A stretch of DNA of 64,000 nt from Defluviitaleaceae bacterium. GTDB lineage: Bacteria; Bacillota; Clostridia; Lachnospirales; WQUN01. Below the pieces are notes generated by a model. The model saw only the letters and a list, made by a program, of their open reading frames with translations. It was not told where the DNA came from and made no database searches. The stretch lies in the NCBI GenBank assembly GCA_009780315.1, contig WRAH01000009.1, positions 13,516 through 77,515 on the forward strand. Reading direction: 5' to 3'. The position numbers and the translations under genes were made by a program. Of the stretch, positions 1-9,183 are shown piece after piece; within the stretch, counting starts at the first letter, position 1; each line of letters opens with the position of its first letter.

Positions 1-138
1 AATGGCTTCAAAAATTTCTCTAGGCATATCGTGACCCATTATTTTTGCAACCTCAATCATCCCTGCAAGGGACAGTGTTTCCGTGTCTAGCAGTGTTCCG
101 TCCATGTCGAATATGACAAGTTTTGGTTTAATCATCAT
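1..138 (-). CDS. HAD-superfamily hydrolase, N-terminal fragment (gene runs off the left edge)
   Basis: Reverse translation of 138..1 gives MMIKPKLVIFDMDGTLLDTETLSLAGMIEVAKIMGHDMPREIFEAI. DMDGT is HAD motif I (DxDxT). It is absent from the ORF track because it is truncated by the window edge. Confidence 0.6.
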   Translation of the reverse strand, partial: MMIKPKLVIFDMDGTLLDTETLSLAGMIEVAKIMGHDMPREIFEAI

Positions 139-265
139 AAAAAATCCCCTTTTTTAATATCATACCAATATGATATCACATATTTGCTGATTATGCTTCC
201 AAAAAATGCCCAAATGTGCTATCCTTAGTTACCTAAAGAAAATGTCACCCTGGGGAGATGATTTT

Positions 266-2506
266 ATGATAAAAACCACAATGCATGAACTTACACAAAT
301 CGTAAATGGCGAACATGCCGACCCGCATCATGTGTTGGGAATGCATGACATTACATCTGAACAAGATGAGTATACGGTGGTGAGAGTATTCAACCCATCG
401 GCGGCAAAAGTGGAGGTTTTTAATCCAAAAAAGCTAAAAGAACGCTACACAATGGAACTTGAGCATAAAATGGGCTTTTTTATAGCAGTACTGCCACGTC
501 AAAAGCATTTTCGCTACAAACTAGCATTTACAGGACATGACGGCAATGTATGGGAATCATGGGATGCATACAGTTTTGCGCCTGCCATTTCTGAAATGGA
601 CTTACACCTTTTTGGACAAGGTACTCACTATGAAATTTATAATAAACTTGGCGCAACCCCTATGAAAATTGACGGAATAGACGGTGTGCTTTTTGGTGTA
701 TGGGCCCCCAATGCCAAACGCATAAGTGTTGTTGGGGATTTTAATGATTGGAATGGATTACGCAATCCAATGCGTACATTAGGAAATTCTGGTGTGTGGG
801 AACTTTTTATTCCAGGGCTAAAAAATTATGACAGATATAAATTTGAAATTTCGTCACACACAGGCGGATTTTTTCATAAATCTGACCCCTATGCTTTTTT
901 TGCAGAGCTTCGCCCTGAAACAGCCTCTATGGTTTTTGACATCAAAAATTATAAGTGGGAAGATAGTCAGTGGATTAAAAACCGCACAAAAAAAGACCCT
1001 CTTGATGGGCCTGTAAATATTTATGAGTTCCATGCGGGCAGTTGGCGCAAAGTGGCAGAAGACGGATGGCGTTTTATGAGCTGGCCAGAAATAACCAAGG
1101 AACTTATCCCTTATGTAAAAGACATGGGCTATACCCATATAGAGCTTATGCCCGTGACAGAATACCCCTTTGACGGCTCATGGGGTTATCAAGTGACAGG
1201 CTACTATGCCGCAACCAGCCGTTATGGCAATCCGTTGGAACTTAAAGCATTTATTGATGCCTGTCATCAAAATAATATTGGTGTCATTATGGACTGGGTA
1301 CCTGCCCACTTTCCTAAAGATGCCCATGGATTAGCATGGTTTGACGGCTCAAAATTGTATGAGCATGAAGACCCACGTCAAGGGGAACATCCCGACTGGG
1401 GAACATTGATTTTTAACTATGGACGCAATGAAGTTAAAAATTTCCTCATTGCTAATGCACTTTTTTGGATAAATGAATACCATATTGACGGCTTGCGTGT
1501 AGATGCAGTAGCTTCTATGCTATACCTAGACTATGGTAAACAATTTGGGCAATGGGTACCTAATGAATACGGCGGGCGTGAAAATTTTGAAGCCGTAGAA
1601 TTTATGAAGCATATGAATTCTATTCTGTTTGGCAAACACCCACATGTCATGATGATTGCAGAAGAATCTACCGCTTGGACAGGTGTAACCCGCCCTGCAA
1701 AATATGATGGGCTGGGTTTTAGCTTAAAATGGAATATGGGCTGGATGAATGACTTTTTAGAATATATGAGTAAGGACAGTGTTTACCGCAAACATCACCA
1801 TCACAACTTAACATTCAGTATGGTTTATGCGTACTCTGAAAAATATATTTTAGTGCTTTCTCATGACGAAGTTGTCCATGGCAAAGGTTCTCTTGTCAAT
1901 AAAATGCCTGGAGACACTTGGCAGAAGATGGCGAATCTTCGTGTTGCCTTTGGTTATATGATGGGACACCCTGGCAAAAAATTACTATTTATGGGGGGAG
2001 AGTTTGCTCAGTTTGATGAGTGGAGCGAGGAACGTACACTAGACTGGTTCTTGTTGGACGAATATGAACATCATCGCCAAATGAAAGCTTTTGTCAAGGA
2101 CATTAACCATCTTTATTTGAAGGAAAAAGCTTTATGGCAAAAAGATTTTGATAGTGAAGGATTCCAGTGGATTAGTTGTCAAGATGCCGAGCGCAGTATT
2201 ATTTCATTCTATCGCGTATCAGAAACACGCCGCCGCTCAAAAGCAGACCAAGAAGCCAAAGGTTCAACTTTTGAATATTTAGTTTTCATATGTAATTTTA
2301 CACCATACCCCCATTTAGATTATCGCACCGGTCTACCTGCCCTTGGTAGGTATGTAGAGATTTTAAACAGCGATGATGAAAAGTATGGCGGAAGTGGAAT
2401 AATCAATTCTGGCAATTTAATAGCAGAAGAACATCTTTGCGATGGCAGAGCGTACAGTGTATCCATTCAACTACCACCCCTTGGAGTTGTTATTCTAAAG
2501 GGATAA
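266..2506 (+). CDS. glgB: 1,4-alpha-glucan branching enzyme
   Basis: Track ORF 206..2506. The translation carries GH13 branching-enzyme blocks (DGLRVDAVASMLY, MIAEESTAW, LSHDEVVHGKGS). A GGGGAG SD lies 8 nt before ATG 266, so 266 is preferred over 206. Confidence 0.95.
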   Translation: MIKTTMHELTQIVNGEHADPHHVLGMHDITSEQDEYTVVRVFNPSAAKVEVFNPKKLKERYTMELEHKMGFFIAVLPRQKHFRYKLAFTGHDGNVWESWDAYSFAPAISEMDLHLFGQGTHYEIYNKLGATPMKIDGIDGVLFGVWAPNAKRISVVGDFNDWNGLRNPMRTLGNSGVWELFIPGLKNYDRYKFEISSHTGGFFHKSDPYAFFAELRPETASMVFDIKNYKWEDSQWIKNRTKKDPLDGPVNIYEFHAGSWRKVAEDGWRFMSWPEITKELIPYVKDMGYTHIELMPVTEYPFDGSWGYQVTGYYAATSRYGNPLELKAFIDACHQNNIGVIMDWVPAHFPKDAHGLAWFDGSKLYEHEDPRQGEHPDWGTLIFNYGRNEVKNFLIANALFWINEYHIDGLRVDAVASMLYLDYGKQFGQWVPNEYGGRENFEAVEFMKHMNSILFGKHPHVMMIAEESTAWTGVTRPAKYDGLGFSLKWNMGWMNDFLEYMSKDSVYRKHHHHNLTFSMVYAYSEKYILVLSHDEVVHGKGSLVNKMPGDTWQKMANLRVAFGYMMGHPGKKLLFMGGEFAQFDEWSEERTLDWFLLDEYEHHRQMKAFVKDINHLYLKEKALWQKDFDSEGFQWISCQDAERSIISFYRVSETRRRSKADQEAKGSTFEYLVFICNFTPYPHLDYRTGLPALGRYVEILNSDDEKYGGSGIINSGNLIAEEHLCDGRAYSVSIQLPPLGVVILKG

Positions 2507-2512
2507 AATAAT

Positions 2513-2553
2513 AAAAAAATCCACATATTCAGTATGATTATGTGGATTTTTTT
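2513..2553. terminator. Bidirectional intrinsic terminator between convergent glgB and the small Cys-rich gene
   Basis: Hairpin arms atccacata (2519-2527) and tatgtggat (2539-2547), flanked by an A-run on the left and a T-run on the right. Confidence 0.7.
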
Positions 2554-2554
2554 A

Positions 2555-2755
2555 TTATCTGTACAACGTATCTATTTTGACTATGCGCCTTGTTTCCGTC
2601 TCATTGAATTGACGCTCTTTTTCAAGCGCAGGTGTATCCGAGTCAATTTTTACAACGATACAGTCTTCACATTGTCCAAGGTCATCAATATTGATAGTGC
2701 CTAAAATACATTTATAAGCCTTATTATAAATACACTGTTCATATGCGCAATTCAT
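2555..2755 (-). CDS. Small cysteine-rich protein (DUF1540-like C-x4-C-x7-C plus CxxC pattern), function unknown
   Basis: Track ORF 2555..2764. The GTG at 2764 sits inside the SD GAGGTG, so ATG 2755 (MNCAYEQCIYNKAYKC...) is the likely start. The gene is divergent from the XRE gene. Confidence 0.5.
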   Translation of the reverse strand: MNCAYEQCIYNKAYKCILGTINIDDLGQCEDCIVVKIDSDTPALEKERQFNETETRRIVKIDTLYR

Positions 2756-2820
2756 CGCTATCACCTCATATGATTATATTACTTAATAATAGTATAATCA
2801 ATCAAGTAAATTGTCAATAA

Positions 2821-2846
2821 TGTATACATCTATTAAAGTGTATACA
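2821..2846. promoter_or_regulatory. Twin 8-bp palindromes TGTATACA (candidate XRE operator pair)
   Basis: TGTATACA occurs at 2821-2828 and again at 2839-2846, 18 bp centre to centre. The second copy abuts the SD (caGGTGG) of the XRE gene. Confidence 0.45.
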
Positions 2847-2856
2847 GGTGGTTAAA

Positions 2857-3063
2857 ATGAAAAATCAAATTATATTAGCACTAAAGGATGTACTTGAATC
2901 AAAGAATATCACACGATATGAACTTGCAAAGCGAACAGGTACACATTACCCGATTATTGATAAATACTACAAAAATAAAGTCGTAAGATACGACAGCGAA
3001 ATACTTTTGAGAATATGTATTGCACTAGATTGTGAAATTGGAGATATCATTAAAATAATTTAA
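2857..3063 (+). CDS. XRE/Cro-C1 family helix-turn-helix transcriptional regulator
   Basis: Track ORF 2848..3063. The ATG at 2857 follows the GGTGG SD. ITRYELAKRTGTHYPIIDKYYKN...LLRICIALDCEIGDII fits a short HTH_XRE protein. Confidence 0.8.
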   Translation: MKNQIILALKDVLESKNITRYELAKRTGTHYPIIDKYYKNKVVRYDSEILLRICIALDCEIGDIIKII

Positions 3064-3098
3064 GCCACGCATTGATGATAAAAATTTTTGCGTGGCTT
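3062..3098 (+). terminator. Hairpin after the XRE gene (weak terminator)
   Basis: Arms aagccacgc (3062-3070) and gcgtggctt (3090-3098). The downstream T-run is poor. The hairpin overlaps the spurious N-terminal extension of track ORF 3072. Confidence 0.4.
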
Positions 3099-3197
3099 AA
3101 ATTATTTTATTTGCAATGTATATTTTCTTACGCAGATTGCAAGACTAATGGTAGTGTATTCCACTTTACTATTTTATTTAGAAAGGAGCATTTAACC

Positions 3198-3386
3198 ATG
3201 AACAATAACGGACTTAAACAATCAGAACTAAACTGGATTCGCGAAGTTGTTTCTGCGCACAACATGTCTTCAAGCAAACTGAATGCCTATGCAGAGCAAG
3301 TGCAAGACCCACAAATCAAGCAAATGTTCGCCAAGGCTTCTACACAAGCAAAGCAAGCAGCACAAAATCTACTACAAATGCTATAA
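3198..3386 (+). CDS. Small helical spore-coat (CotF-like) protein
   Basis: An in-frame ATG at 3198 is preceded by AAAGGAGC. The product is MNNNGLKQSELNWIREVVSAHNMSSSKLNAYAEQVQDPQIKQMF.... It is paired with the CotF-family gene 14 nt downstream. Confidence 0.55.
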   Translation: MNNNGLKQSELNWIREVVSAHNMSSSKLNAYAEQVQDPQIKQMFAKASTQAKQAAQNLLQML

Positions 3387-3399
3387 GGAGGTTTTAACT

Positions 3400-3651
3400 A
3401 TGATGCAAGAAAAAGATATTGTTTTAGATGTACTTGGCGGCGTTAAAGCCAGCCTTACAGGTTATGCCACATTCATTAGCGAAACCGCTAACCCAAATCT
3501 TCGCCAAACCTTTCAACAAATGCGTGATGGTGATGAAAAGTTCCAATATGACCTATACAAAATAGCCGCGCAAAAAGGCTACTACGCAACATCACCCAAT
3601 GCAACACCACAAGATATGAGCAGTGTAAAATCATCCCTTACTTCATTCTAA
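3400..3651 (+). CDS. Spore coat protein, CotF family
   Basis: ATG 3400 follows AAGGAGG. The block MMQEKDIVLDVLGGVKASLTGYATFISETANPNLRQTFQQMRDGD matches the Coat_F pattern (D.L...K.....Y......E..NP.LR). Confidence 0.7.
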   Translation: MMQEKDIVLDVLGGVKASLTGYATFISETANPNLRQTFQQMRDGDEKFQYDLYKIAAQKGYYATSPNATPQDMSSVKSSLTSF

Positions 3652-3698
3652 ATCAGTGTTAAAAAATTTTGCAAAGTTTTGTGCTGGTTAAACAGCAC

Positions 3699-3740
3699 AA
3701 AAAACCTCCTGTCGCAAGTCAAGCGATAGGAGGTTTTTTG
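3699..3740. terminator. Bidirectional terminator between the cotF-like gene and the histidine kinase gene
   Basis: cctcct (3705-3710) pairs with aggagg (3729-3734). An A-run lies on the left and a T-run on the right. A second small hairpin gtgctgg/cagcac sits at 3681-3698. Confidence 0.7.
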
Positions 3741-3768
3741 TATGGTATATCCATGGGCATTTTTTTAA

Positions 3769-5148
3769 TTAAACTTTGCAGTCATTCAAAATAATATTAA
3801 ATTTTGCCCCTGTTTCTGTATTTTCTGCAATAATGCTGCCATTCAGTTTTTCTACTATATCTTTGCTTATGGCAAGACCTAAACCGCTATTGCCGTTTTC
3901 ACCCTTGTAAAAGCGTTTGAAGATATAGGGTAAATCTGTTTCTTTTATGCCTTTACCATCATCGGCAATAGTGATTTTTATTTTGCCATCTTCAATTACA
4001 TATGAAATGTCTATACGCGTATGCCCATGGCGTGTGCAGTTTGTCAAAATATTATCTATGGCACGTTGTAATTTTTCTTCATCCGCTTTTATTTCTATAT
4101 CTTCATTAGGGAAGTGTGGGATGATTGCCTTGCCGTCTTTGTCAGCTAAAATTTTTACCCGTCCAATGGAATCGTATAACATATTTTTTAGATTAAATGT
4201 GGTGAATTTTAATGCGTCAAGCCCACTGTCCATACGAGAAATATATAGAAGTTGATTGACGAGGTTTTCCATCCGTTCGCTTTCAGCCAAGATTATTTTT
4301 GTAGCCTCATCCTTGCCTATAACATCCGCCGCAATGGCTTCTGTGTATCCTTGGATAGACATTAGCGGGGTGCGTAACTCATGGGATACATTTTGAAAAA
4401 ATTGCTTCTGATTATTTTCATACTCGTCTAATTTGTTTGACATGTTGTTCATGCTTTGGGCTAGGTTGTGAAATTCTTTATATTTAAAGTTGGATATTTT
4501 TTCACCAAATTTTCCCTGACCAACGGATTCTGCATAATTACATAAACGCAAAACTGCATTTTGTACTTGGGTTGAAACCACAATGGATAAGATAATACTT
4601 GTGATACTAGAAATCACCAGTAAATACATCAGCGTCATGTTTACACTTGCCACAAACAACATGGCAGATGTAATATCCGTATAAAAAATAAAAGTGAAGG
4701 GCATATCACCAATGGGCGCAACCTCTATCCCTTGCAAATAAAAAACATTACCCCTATCAACATCAGGGACACGCACCATGGCTTCATTTTCAAATTCATG
4801 ACGGTGTGATACAAAATAGGAGGCAAGCAACATCACTTGTGTGATATCTCCATGATTGAGGTGTTGAGGATTAGGGAAAATGATTTCATTGTAGGCGTTT
4901 AAGATAATACTGTCAGAGTTCATCATCAGTTGACGGCGCACAGGACGGGCATGTTCCCAATGGGGCAGAAGATTATCAGAAGAAATATTTTCAACTTCAA
5001 TCATGCCGCGGGAAAGTTCTCTGCGGGCTTCTTCACTAATAAAATTGCCTGTGAGGGTATTAAACAAAAAGTATATCACTAGAAATGTAATAAATATCGC
5101 ACCTGTAAAGTTGCGTATCAATATGGTTTTAAAACTTCTCTTTTTCAT
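3769..5148 (-). CDS. Sensor histidine kinase (two TM segments, HisKA + HATPase_c)
   Basis: H-box FFQNVSHELRTPL, N box DNILTNCTRH, G boxes DDGKGI and GLGLAI. An N-terminal TM segment and a second TM segment flank an extracytoplasmic loop. Confidence 0.92.
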   Translation of the reverse strand: MKKRSFKTILIRNFTGAIFITFLVIYFLFNTLTGNFISEEARRELSRGMIEVENISSDNLLPHWEHARPVRRQLMMNSDSIILNAYNEIIFPNPQHLNHGDITQVMLLASYFVSHRHEFENEAMVRVPDVDRGNVFYLQGIEVAPIGDMPFTFIFYTDITSAMLFVASVNMTLMYLLVISSITSIILSIVVSTQVQNAVLRLCNYAESVGQGKFGEKISNFKYKEFHNLAQSMNNMSNKLDEYENNQKQFFQNVSHELRTPLMSIQGYTEAIAADVIGKDEATKIILAESERMENLVNQLLYISRMDSGLDALKFTTFNLKNMLYDSIGRVKILADKDGKAIIPHFPNEDIEIKADEEKLQRAIDNILTNCTRHGHTRIDISYVIEDGKIKITIADDGKGIKETDLPYIFKRFYKGENGNSGLGLAISKDIVEKLNGSIIAENTETGAKFNIILNDCKV

Positions 5149-5150
5149 CA

Positions 5151-5867
5151 CTATACACCCTCTTTTTTTACACCCAGCTTAAAGCCAAAGCCCCATACTG
5201 TGTCTATGGACAGTTTACTACCCGCTTCACTCAGTTTGCGCCGCAGACGTTTGACTGTATCGTCTGTAGCGCGGGTTTCTACAATACTGTCATAACCCCA
5301 AATTGTATTTAGCAGCTCTTGACGGGCAATGGCTTTGCCTTGGTTTTCTATCATGTATGCCAGTAGTTTAAATTCTGTTTTGGTGAGGTTTAACATTTTA
5401 TCTTGGGCATATGCCGTCAGCATATTGGGCATGATTTTTATATCTTCAAATATGATTTCATCTGCTTGTGCCGTTTTGGGTGCGTTATTGTTTTGGGCAT
5501 CCATTGCAGCCCTGCGAAACATGGCTTTGACACGCATGGTTAACTTCATTGGGCTAAAGGGTTTTGTAAAATAATCGTCACTGCCCAACGCCAGCCCACT
5601 TACATAATCATCTTCTGTGTCTTTTGCTGTCAGCATGATAATGGGCACGGCAGAAATTTCTCTCAATTTTGTACATATGATAAACCCACTATTTCCTGGC
5701 ATCATCACATCCAGAATCACCAGGTCACAGGGGGCATTTTTAAATGCATCAAAAAGCAAGTCACCTGTAGCAAATGCATGTACACAAAAACCCTCTTTTT
5801 CCAAGAAGGCTTTAACAAGATTGCGGATATTTATTTCATCATCTGCAATATAGATTATTTTTTCCAT
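5151..5867 (-). CDS. OmpR/PhoB-family response regulator
   Basis: Receiver domain (ADDE, LDVMMPG, TKPF) plus winged helix (LTKTEFKLLAYM, VWGFGFKL). Its stop overlaps the kinase start. Confidence 0.93.
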   Translation of the reverse strand: MEKIIYIADDEINIRNLVKAFLEKEGFCVHAFATGDLLFDAFKNAPCDLVILDVMMPGNSGFIICTKLREISAVPIIMLTAKDTEDDYVSGLALGSDDYFTKPFSPMKLTMRVKAMFRRAAMDAQNNNAPKTAQADEIIFEDIKIMPNMLTAYAQDKMLNLTKTEFKLLAYMIENQGKAIARQELLNTIWGYDSIVETRATDDTVKRLRRKLSEAGSKLSIDTVWGFGFKLGVKKEGV

Positions 5868-6022
5868 AAAAGTCCCCTACTTTAACTATAATATAGATTA
5901 TCATATCACAGTTTATCCTCAAAAGTGTATATTTACATGGTTTGCTTCAAAGTTGCCACAATTCTTCGGTGATTTTTCCGCAAATGAAACAGTATTATAG
6001 TGAAAGAAACGAGGTGTCTGGC

Positions 6023-6391
6023 ATGAAAAAAATATATATTGCTGAAGACGAGAAACATATCCGCTCATTGATTAAAACATTTTTAACCCATTTTGATTAT
6101 GAAGTAGAGGCGTTTGAAAATGGTGATTTGTTGCTTGATGCTTTTGATAAAAGCCCTGCGGACATGGTTATCTTAGATGTAATGATGCCTGGTTCTTGTG
6201 GGTTTTCCATCTGCCGCAAGATTCGGCAGGGCAGTGATGTGCCTGTTATCATGCTGACCGCACGAGACAGCCATGAAGACTATACCGAAGGGCTTAACGC
6301 AGGCACAGATGACTATTTGGTTAAACCCTTTAGCCCTCAAACATTGATAAAACGTATGGACGAAATATTTACAAGGAGGTCTTTTGTATGA
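6023..6391 (+). CDS. Stand-alone receiver-domain protein (response regulator lacking an output domain)
   Basis: The product MKKIYIAEDEKHIRSLIKTF...LDVMMPGSCG...LVKPFSP ends right after the receiver domain. Its stop overlaps the ATG of the adaptor gene (ATGA at 6388-6391). The track ORF begins at 5942, but ATG 6023 has an upstream GAGGTG. Confidence 0.8.
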   Translation: MKKIYIAEDEKHIRSLIKTFLTHFDYEVEAFENGDLLLDAFDKSPADMVILDVMMPGSCGFSICRKIRQGSDVPVIMLTARDSHEDYTEGLNAGTDDYLVKPFSPQTLIKRMDEIFTRRSFV

Positions 6392-8490
6392 ATAAGCGCA
6401 AATTAGTTATATTGGGTATCACTGTGGCAACAGTGGCCGCCATTGGCGGTGGGGTGGTTTACGCCGGACCCTTTGGCAATAACACTGGCAACTCGGCACA
6501 GGTTCAGGATATTTTAAATCAGGAGGTTGCCATAGAGCGCACTGACCTTTCCCAAGTTTTTTCTACTTCAGGAATCGTTCGCAGTGCAGACACACAATAT
6601 GTATTTTCTTCCCACAGCCGCCCTGTGCGGGAAATTCTTGTTTCTGTTGGAGACACAGTGCAAGCAGGTGATGTATTGGCGGTTCTAGATATGTCCAATG
6701 TAGAAAACGACATTGCACAAACAGAACTTAATTTGATAAACGCCCAAAGAAATGCCGCTGATGAACAGCGCAACAATGCTAACAGCGTAACCAATGCCAG
6801 AACATCTGTAGATTCTGCCGTTATTTCATTAGAGCGTCAAAATTTAAATCTGGCAAATGCTGAACATGAACTTGAAACTGCTCAAGCAGACGCAAATACG
6901 CCTTTTGACACAACCCTCCACGACCGCGCCATTGCAGATGCAGAAATCAATGTAGAACGCCGCCGTGCAGACGTGGAGGAAGCCCAAAGGGATTTACTTA
7001 CAGCCCCAACAGACTTTGACGACCACCATCATATACACACGATAAACGAAGCACAAATTACCCTTGACCGCCGCCTTGCAGACCTTGCAGAAGCAGAGGA
7101 ACAATTAGATGAAGAAGTCCGTGCCAGAAATGAGCCATTTGACCCAATCAATTTTCAAATCGCCATCACTGATGCGGAGCGCAACTTAGAACGCCGCCGC
7201 GCAGATGAATCTACAGCCCATCAAAATTTATCCATTGCATGGAATACTTATGTCAGTGCTTTACCTGCACAACAAAGCCAAGCGCGGACACAATTAGACA
7301 CAGCACAAGTGCAGGTAGACAATGCCCGCCGTGCAGTAGAAGACGCAGAATTTGCCCTCACCCGCGCACGTGATGATTTAACCCGTGCCAGAAACAATCA
7401 CAATGATAATCAATCAGACATACGGGAAACAGCCATCACCACTGCCGAACGTCATTTTAACAATGCACAAAATGCCGCAGATGATGCCCAACGAACCCTA
7501 GACCGTGCCATTGCCGACCTAGACCGCGCCATCAATGACGCTAACCGTGCCAATAGTGACGCAGAATCTAACGCAGACACGCGCTTAACCACAGCCATCA
7601 ACCATTACAATGACGCTGTACGCGTCCTCGAACGGGCAATCAATGACAAGTACCGCGCCATGGATGATAGTGCCACCACCAATGAAAACCGCTTAAACAA
7701 CGCCCAAAGAAGCTTAGATGACAGCCAAAATCAACGACAATCCGCAGAAAATAGTTTACGCTCTGCCCAAGAAGGTTTAAACCAAGCGGCAAGCAGACCC
7801 AACCCATCCAGCACCAATGTTGAAATACAGGAACTTAATTTAGACAGGCTAAATACCTCGTTAACAGAAGGTATTATCCTTGCCCCTGGGTCTGGCGTGA
7901 TTACAGAAATTAACGCGTCTGTAGGCGCAACCACAAGCGGTGTGCTGTTCATTATCGAAGATGTGAATAATTTATATGTATCTGCCAATGTGCGGGAACA
8001 CAGCCTTGGTAGCCTTGAAATTGGACAGCAAGCCTTTGTAACGACAGAAGTAACAGGACGGCAGGAATATGGCGCAGAACTCACGTTTATTTCCCCCCGT
8101 TCCGTTTCTCCCCAAGGGTCTACCAGTGTAGAATTTGAAATCCACGCCGCCATGAATGACAGCGATACGAATGTACGCATTGGCATGAATGCTTTTATCA
8201 ATGTCATTTTAAATTCCAGCGACGAAGTTTATGCCGTGCCAATCAATGCAGTCGTATCCACAGAGCGGGGCAGTTTCATAGCCATTCGTGATGAAGATGG
8301 AGAAGTCAGTCAAATTCCAGTAGAGGTGGGCATCAGCACATCCACCCATGTTGCCATAAACTCACCCCTTATATATGAAGGCATGATGATTCTTGCCCGC
8401 CCTGCCCTAGCCGCAGCCGAGCTTGGAGGCAACCGTTCGGCAACAAGCGGAATGCCCATGGGTATTCCTGCAATGGGAGGTAGACCATAA
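6388..8490 (+). CDS. HlyD/MacA-family efflux adaptor with an unusually long coiled-coil hairpin
   Basis: 700 aa. Order of parts: N-terminal TM anchor, lipoyl/barrel-sandwich start (VSVGDTVQAGDVLAVLD), about 400 aa of heptad-like D/E/R/A/N-rich helix, then a beta-barrel and membrane-proximal C-terminus. Confidence 0.85.
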   Translation: MNKRKLVILGITVATVAAIGGGVVYAGPFGNNTGNSAQVQDILNQEVAIERTDLSQVFSTSGIVRSADTQYVFSSHSRPVREILVSVGDTVQAGDVLAVLDMSNVENDIAQTELNLINAQRNAADEQRNNANSVTNARTSVDSAVISLERQNLNLANAEHELETAQADANTPFDTTLHDRAIADAEINVERRRADVEEAQRDLLTAPTDFDDHHHIHTINEAQITLDRRLADLAEAEEQLDEEVRARNEPFDPINFQIAITDAERNLERRRADESTAHQNLSIAWNTYVSALPAQQSQARTQLDTAQVQVDNARRAVEDAEFALTRARDDLTRARNNHNDNQSDIRETAITTAERHFNNAQNAADDAQRTLDRAIADLDRAINDANRANSDAESNADTRLTTAINHYNDAVRVLERAINDKYRAMDDSATTNENRLNNAQRSLDDSQNQRQSAENSLRSAQEGLNQAASRPNPSSTNVEIQELNLDRLNTSLTEGIILAPGSGVITEINASVGATTSGVLFIIEDVNNLYVSANVREHSLGSLEIGQQAFVTTEVTGRQEYGAELTFISPRSVSPQGSTSVEFEIHAAMNDSDTNVRIGMNAFINVILNSSDEVYAVPINAVVSTERGSFIAIRDEDGEVSQIPVEVGISTSTHVAINSPLIYEGMMILARPALAAAELGGNRSATSGMPMGIPAMGGRP

Positions 8491-9170
8491 TGCTTGAACT
8501 TAATAATATTGTAAAAAAATACTTCATAGGCGAACCGAACGAATTAACCGTATTAAAGGGGCTTAACTTGAAAATAAACGAGGGGGAATTTGTAGCCATT
8601 GTAGGACAGTCTGGTTCTGGAAAAAGTACCCTTATGAATATTATGGGCGCGCTAGACCGCCCAACAGAGGGGGGATATTCCCTAGATGGTGTAGATGTTT
8701 CATCTATGGGTGACGGACAGCTTTCAGAAATTCGTAATCAAAAAATCGGATTTGTCTTTCAAACCTTTAATTTGATACCACGGACTACAGCCCTTTCAAA
8801 TGTACAGTTGCCCCTATTTTACATGGGTGTTCCCAAGAAACTACGGGTTGCCAAAGCCAAAGAGTTATTAAAGCTTGTAGAAATGGACGAGCGCATGAAC
8901 CATCTCCCCAGTGAACTTTCAGGAGGGCAAAAGCAACGGGTAGCCATTGCACGCGCCCTTGTAAATGACCCATCCATTATTTTAGCAGACGAACCCACAG
9001 GGGCATTGGACACAAGCACAGGTAATCTTGTGATGGATATTTTTCTAAAAATCAATCGGGAACAAAAAAAGACCGTCATACTCATTACCCACAACGAAGA
9101 ACTTGCCGCCCAAACCCAAAGGGTTATCACCATCAGAGACGGCGAAATCATTTCAGACAAAGTAGCATAA
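8490..9170 (+). CDS. MacB-type ABC transporter ATP-binding protein
   Basis: Walker [10 protein letters not shown], signature [15 protein letters not shown], Walker [12 protein letters not shown]. Its start overlaps the adaptor stop. Confidence 0.95.
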   Translation: MLELNNIVKKYFIGEPNELTVLKGLNLKINEGEFVAIVGQSGSGKSTLMNIMGALDRPTEGGYSLDGVDVSSMGDGQLSEIRNQKIGFVFQTFNLIPRTTALSNVQLPLFYMGVPKKLRVAKAKELLKLVEMDERMNHLPSELSGGQKQRVAIARALVNDPSIILADEPTGALDTSTGNLVMDIFLKINREQKKTVILITHNEELAAQTQRVITIRDGEIISDKVA

Positions 9171-9183
9171 AGGACGTGCGATT

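Noticed and set aside
2555-3063. XRE regulator plus small gene as a prophage remnant or toxin-antitoxin pair
   Set aside because: No integrase, repressor / antirepressor set, phage structural genes or att-like repeats are nearby. The small protein has no recognisable toxin fold.
5942-6022. N-terminal extensions offered by the ORF track. Examples: 5942 for the receiver gene; 3072 and 3283 for the cotF-like genes; 16827 for rplJ; 206 for glgB; 50920 for the ECF ATPase; 24477 for the sigma gene; 48126 for the tandem AbrB gene.
   Set aside because: In each case an internal ATG with a well-spaced Shine-Dalgarno sequence matches the expected family N-terminus. The extension reads through leader, terminator or SD sequence.
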